IMG/VR virus record: IMGVR_UViG_3300027365_000007
DNA from: a virus
Taxonomy: Duplodnaviria > Caudoviricetes
Direction: 5' to 3' (one strand)
Length of the DNA: 64,000 bases
The position numbers and the translations under genes are program-made. The number at the start of each line of letters is the position of its first letter. Position 1 is the first letter of the stretch. The notes below the pieces were generated by a model, which worked only from the letters and a program-made list of their open reading frames with translations, was not told the DNA's origin and did not search any database. Positions 1 through 7,996 of the stretch are shown here, one piece after another.

Positions 1-1004
1 TATATCAATGATGCCTTTGTACCTTTAGGTAATTGTTTCTTGATATTAAAAATATCTCTTCTGGAAAAGGTGACCAATGCGGTATTCTTTTTTATTTTTC
101 TGATATCAGTATGTTTACTATCCATCTGTAATTCAGATTTACGATCAAAGTATTTAATTTCTAGATCATCCCCTAGATATTCAGATAATACTTTAAGACG
201 CTCATCATATTCTCTAGGTCCAGTAACAATAATAGTATCCGCATTAGCTCCTACTAGTGCTTGTATGAACGCCCAACCCCTATCAGGATCATCGATCATT
301 TGTATCTCATCAATGATAATGAGATCATAGTGATTATTAAAATTAAAACATTCTACCGTTGATGATACGCATTGATTGTTTTCTACATATCTACGCTCTT
401 CGCCTGTAATTAGACTCGTTGGTATACCATTGCCGTTGAGGTAATCGTAATTCTCTAGTGCAAGTAATCGCAGAGGGGCTAGGTATGCGGTGTTAAACTG
501 GTTGGCTAGTTCACTCAGAGCTTGAAATGTTTTTCCTGAATTGGTCTCGCCTAGATGAGCAACTATTTTACGTTTACGTTTACGGGCAAGTGGGAAAACA
601 TCAGGGTAGTCAATAACATTTTCAAAGTCACTCAATTCATTTTCTATAGAAGCACGTTCTATATACTCAGTAATTTCTTTCCGTATGGTTTTTATCTTTT
701 TATTATATGAATCAATATCTTGAAGTAAAATTATGATCTCACCTACATCAATACCTTCGTACTGTTCCATGCAGTAAGTGATGATATCATTGATTTCGGA
801 GTGCTTGGAATATAGTTTGGATTTAATAGATTGTAATTCTTTGTCTACATTTGTACTTCTTGGTGTGTGGTTTACTTCAATTCGATATGGGTAATCTCGT
901 AAAGTGACTTCTTTACTAACACTGTTGTTGTCTAGTTTAATGCCTTCGGTCTTTAGTACACGCCGAAGTGCACTATGTATCTTACGTATTCTACTCGGTT
1001 TCAT
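1..1004 (-). CDS. SUV3-like SF2 (RNA/DNA) helicase, 3' end runs off the window
   Basis: Hand translation from ATG at 1004 (SD AAGGA) is open to base 1. Motifs: HLGETNSGKTFQAL (Walker A), YLAPLRLLALE, LITGEER, SSTVE, IIIDEIQMIDDPDRGWAF, LVTFSRRDIF..SLIY. This is the Suv3 motif series. Missing from the ORF track. Confidence 0.85.
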   Translation of the reverse strand, partial: MKPSRIRKIHSALRRVLKTEGIKLDNNSVSKEVTLRDYPYRIEVNHTPRSTNVDKELQSIKSKLYSKHSEINDIITYCMEQYEGIDVGEIIILLQDIDSYNKKIKTIRKEITEYIERASIENELSDFENVIDYPDVFPLARKRKRKIVAHLGETNSGKTFQALSELANQFNTAYLAPLRLLALENYDYLNGNGIPTSLITGEERRYVENNQCVSSTVECFNFNNHYDLIIIDEIQMIDDPDRGWAFIQALVGANADTIIVTGPREYDERLKVLSEYLGDDLEIKYFDRKSELQMDSKHTDIRKIKKNTALVTFSRRDIFNIKKQLPKGTKASLI

Positions 1005-1025
1005 ATCTATTCCTTTTATATAAGG

Positions 1026-1053
1026 AGTATAATGGTTAATCGCTAGATGTCAA
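1026..1053 (-). promoter_or_regulatory. sigma70-like promoter for the SUV3-like gene
   Basis: TTGACA-N16-TATACT on the minus strand, 22 nt upstream of the ATG. Confidence 0.65.
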
Positions 1054-1055
1054 TT

Positions 1056-1180
1056 GAATTTCGTTAGAAATTCATCGCAAGACATGTCTTGCGAATATTT
1101 ATCTATATGAATCTATAGTATTATTATCTGTATGTCATTCCATTCCATACAGATATGAAATATCATGATAATGATATTTC
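1056..1180. repeat. cluster of four inverted repeats
   Basis: GAATTTC-gtta-GAAATTC (1056-1073); perfect 20-bp palindrome TCGCAAGACATGTCTTGCGA (1075-1094); TATCTGTATG-N11-CATACAGATA (1125-1155); GAAATATCAT-gata-ATGATATTTC (1157-1180). Confidence 0.9.
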
Positions 1181-1249
1181 TATTACTTAAATATATCTCT
1201 ATCTATAACTAAAACTCTTACTTTTTCTTTATATAGAAATAATAAGAAA

Positions 1250-1277
1250 TAGGTTAGACTTTTTAGGTTAGAGTTTT
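1250..1277 (+). repeat. tandem 14-bp direct repeat (iteron/operator-like)
   Basis: TAGGTTAGACTTTT followed by TAGGTTAGAGTTTT (13/14 identical); partial inverted copy AAAACTCT at 1211-1218. Confidence 0.8.
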
Positions 1278-1278
1278 G

Positions 1279-1306
1279 TTGACAAATCCCAGATCAGTGA
1301 TAAATT
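1279..1306 (+). promoter_or_regulatory. sigma70-like promoter for the 486-aa helicase
   Basis: TTGACA-N16-TAAATT with TGn extension; -10 overlapped by the inverted repeat TGATAA-N5-TTATCA. Confidence 0.55.
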
Positions 1307-1351
1307 CATTATCAATAATAATACTGACATAAAAATAAAAACAGAGGTGAT

Positions 1352-2812
1352 ATGACAGGAAAACGTAAGCCGATTCAATACCTTAGCTCATTAACAGGGA
1401 GTGGAAAATCTGAACATGTAATAGATAAGATAGCCAATGGTGACGAAAAATATATAATTGTTGCACCTAATAGAGAACTTTGTGACGAATTGTATGCCCG
1501 TTTGGTATATTCATTCGATACAAATATAGAGCCAGAAGAGGATGCTATGGTCATTCATCAGAATACGAATGATCGACCATCTAAACAGTTGAAGCACTGC
1601 ATTGAGGATAATAATACGGTCAGAATACTGATAACAACCCATGCTGCTTTTTTTCTAATGCTCAATAAATCTATTAATGTTTCAGACTGGAACCTAATTT
1701 TAGACGAAGAGATGCCAATCTTTGAAGAACATGAGATTAATGTCACTAAGTATACTAAAAGCATCCTTGAAGATACATTGGAATTTGAAAAAACACATGA
1801 TAACGGATTTTATAACATAAGCTTCAAGAAACCTATGTTTGGTTTAAATCATAACGCTGGGATTATCAGAGATTCCTTTTTAAATAATAAGGTATACAAT
1901 AAGCTATCTAAGCATATTCTAGATGACAAGTATGATACGTTGGTGTCTGAGGAAAGTCTTGAATATTTTAATAATTCCGAATTAGACGATAACGGAAAGA
2001 AATTTACCAAATTCTATGCAATTTCGATATTGCGATTGGAGATACTATACAAGTTCAAGTCAATATTGGTTTTATGTTCATTCTTTGAAAAAACAGTGAC
2101 TTATAAACTGCTTAAGTGTTTAGGATGTGAATTAAAGCCATATTATTATATTCCAGATATGACTGAGCATGCAAATACTGAAAAAATAACGATTCATTAC
2201 TTTTTTGATATGAATTGGAGTACAACGCTGAGAAAGACAAGGATAAACAAGAAAAAAACGGTAGAGGAATTAGTGTATGAAAATATCAAAGCCCTTATAG
2301 GCAATGAGAAGTTCCTTTACAATGCGAATATAAATTTTCGAAATACAATTAAAGGTGGTACACTAGCAGCCTCGACACATGGTATCAACAAATATAAGAC
2401 GTATACTGAAATGGTATTCATGCCTAGTCTCAATGCTACTAGTGCAACGGTTAAGCTACTATCCAAGTTTGGAATGAAGAGACATGATATAGACTTTGCA
2501 CGTAATGTATTAACAGCTTATCAGTTCGCTTCTAGAGGGGCTATACGTGATGTTAATAATGAAAAGGATGTAAACCTATATGTAATGGATAAACGTACTG
2601 CTGTGTTTCTCAAAAGCGTTTTCACGAAGGCTAAAATCAAACATCACTCAATGGACGAAATAGTAAAGACGAAAACAAGCACTAAGAAGGTTCCAAATAA
2701 TATTAAAAGCTTCATGTCACGTGTTCGCAGGCGTTTAAACGATGGCGAAACCGTAAGGCCCAAAACATTACAGAAGTATCGAGACTACTATGAGGAATAT
2801 TACAATGGATGA
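1352..2812 (+). CDS. SF2 helicase-like protein, possible origin-binding/replication initiator
   Basis: LTGSGKS (Walker A), IIVAPNRELCDEL (Ia), LITTHAAF (Ib), LILDEEMP (atypical Walker B), QFASRGAIRD (VI-like); basic C-terminus; SD GAGG. Confidence 0.65.
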   Translation: MTGKRKPIQYLSSLTGSGKSEHVIDKIANGDEKYIIVAPNRELCDELYARLVYSFDTNIEPEEDAMVIHQNTNDRPSKQLKHCIEDNNTVRILITTHAAFFLMLNKSINVSDWNLILDEEMPIFEEHEINVTKYTKSILEDTLEFEKTHDNGFYNISFKKPMFGLNHNAGIIRDSFLNNKVYNKLSKHILDDKYDTLVSEESLEYFNNSELDDNGKKFTKFYAISILRLEILYKFKSILVLCSFFEKTVTYKLLKCLGCELKPYYYIPDMTEHANTEKITIHYFFDMNWSTTLRKTRINKKKTVEELVYENIKALIGNEKFLYNANINFRNTIKGGTLAASTHGINKYKTYTEMVFMPSLNATSATVKLLSKFGMKRHDIDFARNVLTAYQFASRGAIRDVNNEKDVNLYVMDKRTAVFLKSVFTKAKIKHHSMDEIVKTKTSTKKVPNNIKSFMSRVRRRLNDGETVRPKTLQKYRDYYEEYYNG

Positions 2813-3857
2813 TTTTAATGATATAAAATATGTGATGAAGTACGATACTGGTATTACAGTGTCTGTGTACAAGCCACGGAATATTCATGAATATATACAA
2901 CTGGCTGAGTTTATTATCAATTCGTATACTGAGAGTACATATCATGTGGAAGTTTCATTCGAAGATTGGGAAGATCCTATGTATAATAAGATAGGTATGA
3001 TAATGATTACACCTTCCATATATTTGACAATTGAAGATTTTGAATTCTTTGTTAATAATTTAGAAAATTATGATGGTGTGGCTAATATATGTGGTAAAGA
3101 CAAATTATATATTGATACTTCAACGGGCATTACTGGTCCTTTCGCGGAATATAAAGATCTCAAGGAAGAGATGAAGAATATAACTGGATGTGATTACGAC
3201 ACTATGGATGAAAAAATTAAAAGTAGATTAAAAACGTCCGGTGAATCAACGTTTGATATATTGCATATCATCAATAATAAAGAATCTTTAAAACGGGTTA
3301 TGTTCGTTATTTTGTGTAAGGTATATTCGTATTACAATATGCAAAACAAAGAATATGACTTTTTCCGAAACGCATGTGATACGGGCATGGTTGATTTTTT
3401 AAATGGTAAACGTTTTTACATGGTACCATTTAACGGCATGCACCAACCTTCAGTAGTTATACGTGAAAAACAATCTCGTGATTTTAATAATATTCTTAAT
3501 TATTTAAAAGATTTGATACATAAGTTTGAAAATAGCGAACATATATTAGTAGTTGACGTAATGACATGTACTTATATATTATCTAATGAAATGAAAGAAA
3601 AATATAAAGGTTCATTCATAATGAAGACCGTTTACAAAGACAAAGAATTTCTTTATGTCATGAATCGTGAACAAATTGACAGACTGAAAGAAAGTATTGA
3701 ACATTCAAAGCCCGAATACCCTAGTCATCGTATTCATGAGCATATACTATCTATCCCATTATTGTTTGACAAAGAAATGGATGGGATATATAAAAGGTCT
3801 CTACTTCGTTCAGGTTGTTCAGGGTACGACGCAGTATATGTTAAAGATGTCTCTTAA
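2805..3857 (+). CDS. hypothetical protein (about 350 aa)
   Basis: Long ORF overlapping the helicase stop; likely start ATG 2805 after GAGG; no motif recognised. Confidence 0.7.
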   Translation: MDDFNDIKYVMKYDTGITVSVYKPRNIHEYIQLAEFIINSYTESTYHVEVSFEDWEDPMYNKIGMIMITPSIYLTIEDFEFFVNNLENYDGVANICGKDKLYIDTSTGITGPFAEYKDLKEEMKNITGCDYDTMDEKIKSRLKTSGESTFDILHIINNKESLKRVMFVILCKVYSYYNMQNKEYDFFRNACDTGMVDFLNGKRFYMVPFNGMHQPSVVIREKQSRDFNNILNYLKDLIHKFENSEHILVVDVMTCTYILSNEMKEKYKGSFIMKTVYKDKEFLYVMNREQIDRLKESIEHSKPEYPSHRIHEHILSIPLLFDKEMDGIYKRSLLRSGCSGYDAVYVKDVS

Positions 3858-4045
3858 AAAAGAGACATCTTGCTTATTTTAGTCATTAGCTCAATCTTGT
3901 CTTGAACAGTCTTGTCTAACGTTTCTAGTTGTTTAAACGACATACACCATGCTTCTTCGTAAGTTACACCACCACCACTATAAACCACCGCATTGGTAAT
4001 TTTCTTAGTGTATGCATCCTCAAGATGATTATAGTTATTGAGCAT
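3854..4045 (-). CDS. gp51-like/tail chaperone extension, probably the -1 frameshift partner of the upstream gene
   Basis: Short ORF right after the gp26-like gene; frame stays open upstream to 4093; no SD before the ATG. Confidence 0.55.
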   Translation of the reverse strand: MLNNYNHLEDAYTKKITNAVVYSGGGVTYEEAWCMSFKQLETLDKTVQDKIELMTKISKMSLF

Positions 4046-4071
4046 GTCGATAACGTTTTTAGGCTCCGCTA

Positions 4072-4965
4072 TCAGGAGCCAGTTCCGAAAAAATCAGTTG
4101 GGTTTGTATCAAACGGTTGTGTCCATTCATATTCACATTCTACACATTTGATTGTTTCTTCATTGCGCACACCGCGAGAATTTATTTCACCTAGCTTATC
4201 ACGTATAGTCTCGAATGATGAATTGTCTAACTGTCTTAACCACTCAAGTATCTCATCGTGGTCATCAACTACCTCACCTTCATCAGTTACTACCTTTTCG
4301 ATGCAGTTTGCATAAACATCCATGGTATTGATAGTTAAATCGCGGAATATCTCATGGATGGATGATAAAAATTTTACCTCATCTTCTTCTTCTATTTCCT
4401 TTTCGTTGACCATTTTATTAAGGTCTTTGCGAATTTGAGATATTTTTTTCTGCTCTTCGAATGAATGAGCATCTAGTGTCAGAGCATCTTGAAATGATGC
4501 TGGACGTAAATATACTGTTAATCCTGCAATGTTTTCATGGGTTACGGTATACTCACTGTCATGTGGCTTAACGTCAGCCAGAACCGCTTTCAGATCTCGC
4601 GCATACGTTTGTTCATGTTTGCATTCTGGGTTAGGGCATGTCAGTTCTGTTTCATCTATAGAACCTTCACTGGCTATCTTAATCGCAACCAGTAAGCTAT
4701 CGACATCAGATTTAATCATCTTTTTAACGTTTACGTCGCTTAATGTAGTTGAGTCCTTTATAAGGTTTTCGATTGCACTACCATTGATTAGGGATTCTGG
4801 GTTCTTAAGCATTAGGTCGTTCATAGTAGTCATCGGCATAATACCAACCTCGTTGTTTGCGCTTATACCGTCCACGTTAATGAAGCCTTCAGGGTAAAAA
4901 TGCATTCCTGATGGAAGTTCAATGTACAATTTTGGTTTTCTATAATATTTTTTTAGACTAGACAT
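4072..4965 (-). CDS. gp26: baseplate hub assembly protein / tail chaperone, T4 gp26-like
   Basis: N-terminal YYRKPKLYIELPSG..FYP, MTTMNDLMLKNPESLING, CxxxxC and CxxC, C-terminal DFF; next to the tape measure gene. Confidence 0.7.
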   Translation of the reverse strand: MSSLKKYYRKPKLYIELPSGMHFYPEGFINVDGISANNEVGIMPMTTMNDLMLKNPESLINGSAIENLIKDSTTLSDVNVKKMIKSDVDSLLVAIKIASEGSIDETELTCPNPECKHEQTYARDLKAVLADVKPHDSEYTVTHENIAGLTVYLRPASFQDALTLDAHSFEEQKKISQIRKDLNKMVNEKEIEEEDEVKFLSSIHEIFRDLTINTMDVYANCIEKVVTDEGEVVDDHDEILEWLRQLDNSSFETIRDKLGEINSRGVRNEETIKCVECEYEWTQPFDTNPTDFFGTGS

Positions 4966-4991
4966 ATATTTTCACCTATCCTCTATATCAA

Positions 4992-5023
4992 TTGATAAAT
5001 AACTGTAGTGTATTATTTATCAA
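4992..5023. promoter_or_regulatory. pair of inverted late-type promoters (GATAAATA) between gp26-like and tape measure genes
   Basis: TTGATAAATA (4992-5001, +) and its exact reverse complement TATTTATCAA (5014-5023) separated by 12 bp. Confidence 0.6.
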
Positions 5024-5042
5024 AGTATAATCTGGGGCTTTT

Positions 5043-7964
5043 ATGAGCGAAGAAATAATTTTAGGCGGTGCGTATTTCGACAATAACATGCCTAAATGGG
5101 CAACTGAAGAGACTATAAAGCGTATAGCTAACGATCTTAGAAAGGACAATACTGAGTCTAGAAAACAAAATGATAAGATGCTGAAGTTGTTAGGTAAAAT
5201 CGCTCAGACAGCAACTAAGGGTGAAAAAGACCAAAAAGATATACTTAAAGAGATACGCACCATATCTAAAGAAATTAAGGATTCTAATAAAACCAATGAA
5301 GCCTTAGTTAAAGAAGTTAAAAAGAGTAATAAACTCGCTGAAGACACTAATAAAGCGGCAAAGAAGCCTGTCTCAGGCAATGCCTCATCATCTTCTGTTA
5401 ATGATGTTGACTTGACTGAAACAGAGAATCATTTAAGCGATGTTAACCGCAGACTGCGTGATATATATGCATTGATGAACAATATGAGTGGTAATATTAC
5501 CTCTTCAATTGAAGAACGAAACAAAATCACAGGTCGTTCAAATGTCAATACTGTGATAACATCCTCACAAAACGTATCGAGACAATCAGATGCTGCAACG
5601 GACAATTCAATTACTGCTTTTCTAAATCAAATGAACGATGAGCGTGATTCACGTCGTACACGCCGTGGTCTTGGTGCGATGAATGAGATTACAGAATCAA
5701 AGCATGTAGGTAAAAGATTTACTGGTCGTGTTAGAAAAATGATTGAGGCTATTGGACTTTTTGTTGGAAAAATTAAAAAGTTTGGTGCTGCGATTCTAGG
5801 TGTTATCAAGAAGATACCATTTGTGGGGACTAAAATAGCTGCCGCTATAACCGCTATGGGCGCAGCATTTGATCTTGCTACAATGATTTCTGAATCATAT
5901 CAAGAATATAAAGACATGCTTGATAGAGGTATATCATTTGCTCGTGCTAGTGTAGAAAATACCCGTATGGATGGCATCATGGTCCGTAAAATGATAGCAG
6001 AAGCCGGTCTAACCTTCGAAGCTGGCGTTGATGCAATGAAAGATAATATTGCTATAGTCAATGAGATGGGCTTTGAAGGATATATGCAAACTATTAGTGA
6101 TGTGATGGAAAATGCTCAACAGTCAGGTGCATTCGTGAACCGAGTGATGATGTCACAAAATGACATTGCAGAATTCTCTAAAGAATATCTTAAATCATTA
6201 AAGCGCATGGGTGATTATGAACGATTAAACAGCGAAGAACGTGTGAAAGGTATAAGAACGTTCGTTAAACACAGTCGCATGTTTGCTGAGATGACAGGTC
6301 AAAGTATTGAAAAGATAAAATCTTTAATGGAAGATATTTCTAAAGATCCTAATATCTCTCTTTTCCTTTCAGATATCGAAGATACCGATCAGCGTAAACA
6401 AACTGAATCAACTATACAATTAGTAAAAGCTGTTTTTGGTCAAGGTAGTCCACTAGAAAAAGCGATCATAGGAGGTATGACAGATGTCACAGGTGCTGGA
6501 ATTGCAGCAAGTGATACTTATAAAGAGCTGGCAACACTCATGGGGCATATACCTGAAGGCAATGCGTTAATGGCTGAAATGGTTAATCTGACACGTAATG
6601 CTGATGAAATGTCAGTTCAGCAATCGTCTGATTTAATATACAGCATCATTGAAAAATTCCAAGATGCACAAGGCAAGATGACAGATGAGACCTTAACTAA
6701 CTTACGCGCCCTTTCACAAAGAGATGACCGCATGGGACAGCTTATTTCATCATTTCTAGCTGCAAATGAGCGCTTACCTAGTGATCGTGAACAGTATGAG
6801 GAAATGTTAAAGAGAGGTGGTTTTGTCAATGAAAAGTCTACAGAAGAGGCCATGTTAGCTCAACAGGCGCGTGTTACTAAACAGCAAGCAGAAGCTTCAC
6901 TAGAATACATGATAGCAAATGTTGCAGACAGTGACGCATCACGTGCCGCAATGGAAATGGGCTATAAAGCAATGATTGAAGCAAATGATATGGTGGAGAA
7001 AGGCGCTTTAGGTGCTGTGGCAACCGCACATACTATAAAAAACAACTTACCAGCTATAGCACGTGGTGTAGAGGACTTAGTGCGTCTAGCCGGTGGAGAT
7101 AAGAAGACACGAGAGGAACGAGCAGAGGAAGCCCTATCATCACGAGATTTGGGCTCTAATGCGAAAGCAGTACGTCAAGCGTTATTTGGTGAATTGACTA
7201 AATCTGGCCTAACCACAGGCAATGTAGAAGGTGTTACACGTGGTCGTGGTAGAGTTTCCACTCAAAGCTTTGCTGAGAACCGAAAACGTTTTGCAGAATA
7301 TGGTATGAGTGCCGAAGAGCTTCTAAAAGAATCGTATAGCAAAGATGGTAATGTATCTCGTGTTGCTAAAGATATGTTGATGTATTTGAGTTCAGAACAA
7401 ATGAAAGGTGTTTTATCAAGTAGTGTCCGTTCTGATTATCGCGACGCTTTGGACAAAGCTTTATCGGATATGTCAGACGATCAGAGAGAACAGTTTTATG
7501 CTGATACTGAAAAGAAATTACGTTCAGGATCGGCGGCTATGTTAGTACAAGGAAGATTCCAACACGAACGCGATAGTCGAAAGAATGGTAAGAAAGAACC
7601 AACCAGCGACACAGGAGGCACTGAATCAAAATCTGGAAATACAGTCGAAGAGGTACGAAGAGAAGCCGAGGAACGCGAAGCACGACAAGAGCAAGAACGT
7701 GAACAACGTGCTAGACAAAATAAAAACGTAACCTTAAATGACCAAGGCATACCTAACACTATCGCGAACGATAATGTAACAAGGCTTGACAATGAAAGTA
7801 GCGATGTTAATGTAATAAATGTATTATTGGATCATACAGATAGAACAAACACATTACTTGATAGACTCATTTCTGAAATGAAAAACGGGAATGATGGTAC
7901 TGTGGGTAAGTTGACTGAAGTGAAAGATGCTTTGAATAGAAATCGTGGATCTGTTAGTTCATAA
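5043..7964 (+). CDS. tape measure protein
   Basis: 973 aa, helical Ala/Glu/Met-rich, hydrophobic GAAILG..IAAAITAMGAA stretch, N-terminal PKWATEET; between hub chaperone and portal. Confidence 0.7.
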   Translation: MSEEIILGGAYFDNNMPKWATEETIKRIANDLRKDNTESRKQNDKMLKLLGKIAQTATKGEKDQKDILKEIRTISKEIKDSNKTNEALVKEVKKSNKLAEDTNKAAKKPVSGNASSSSVNDVDLTETENHLSDVNRRLRDIYALMNNMSGNITSSIEERNKITGRSNVNTVITSSQNVSRQSDAATDNSITAFLNQMNDERDSRRTRRGLGAMNEITESKHVGKRFTGRVRKMIEAIGLFVGKIKKFGAAILGVIKKIPFVGTKIAAAITAMGAAFDLATMISESYQEYKDMLDRGISFARASVENTRMDGIMVRKMIAEAGLTFEAGVDAMKDNIAIVNEMGFEGYMQTISDVMENAQQSGAFVNRVMMSQNDIAEFSKEYLKSLKRMGDYERLNSEERVKGIRTFVKHSRMFAEMTGQSIEKIKSLMEDISKDPNISLFLSDIEDTDQRKQTESTIQLVKAVFGQGSPLEKAIIGGMTDVTGAGIAASDTYKELATLMGHIPEGNALMAEMVNLTRNADEMSVQQSSDLIYSIIEKFQDAQGKMTDETLTNLRALSQRDDRMGQLISSFLAANERLPSDREQYEEMLKRGGFVNEKSTEEAMLAQQARVTKQQAEASLEYMIANVADSDASRAAMEMGYKAMIEANDMVEKGALGAVATAHTIKNNLPAIARGVEDLVRLAGGDKKTREERAEEALSSRDLGSNAKAVRQALFGELTKSGLTTGNVEGVTRGRGRVSTQSFAENRKRFAEYGMSAEELLKESYSKDGNVSRVAKDMLMYLSSEQMKGVLSSSVRSDYRDALDKALSDMSDDQREQFYADTEKKLRSGSAAMLVQGRFQHERDSRKNGKKEPTSDTGGTESKSGNTVEEVRREAEEREARQEQEREQRARQNKNVTLNDQGIPNTIANDNVTRLDNESSDVNVINVLLDHTDRTNTLLDRLISEMKNGNDGTVGKLTEVKDALNRNRGSVSS

Positions 7965-7996
7965 ATAAAAATAATAATAATTATATAGGAATACGT

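Noticed and set aside
1022-1046. AAGGAG followed by a minigene ATG GTT AAT CGC TAG (MVNR)
   Set aside because: SD spacing is only 4 nt, and the bases are explained as the -10 and spacer of the minus-strand SUV3 promoter.
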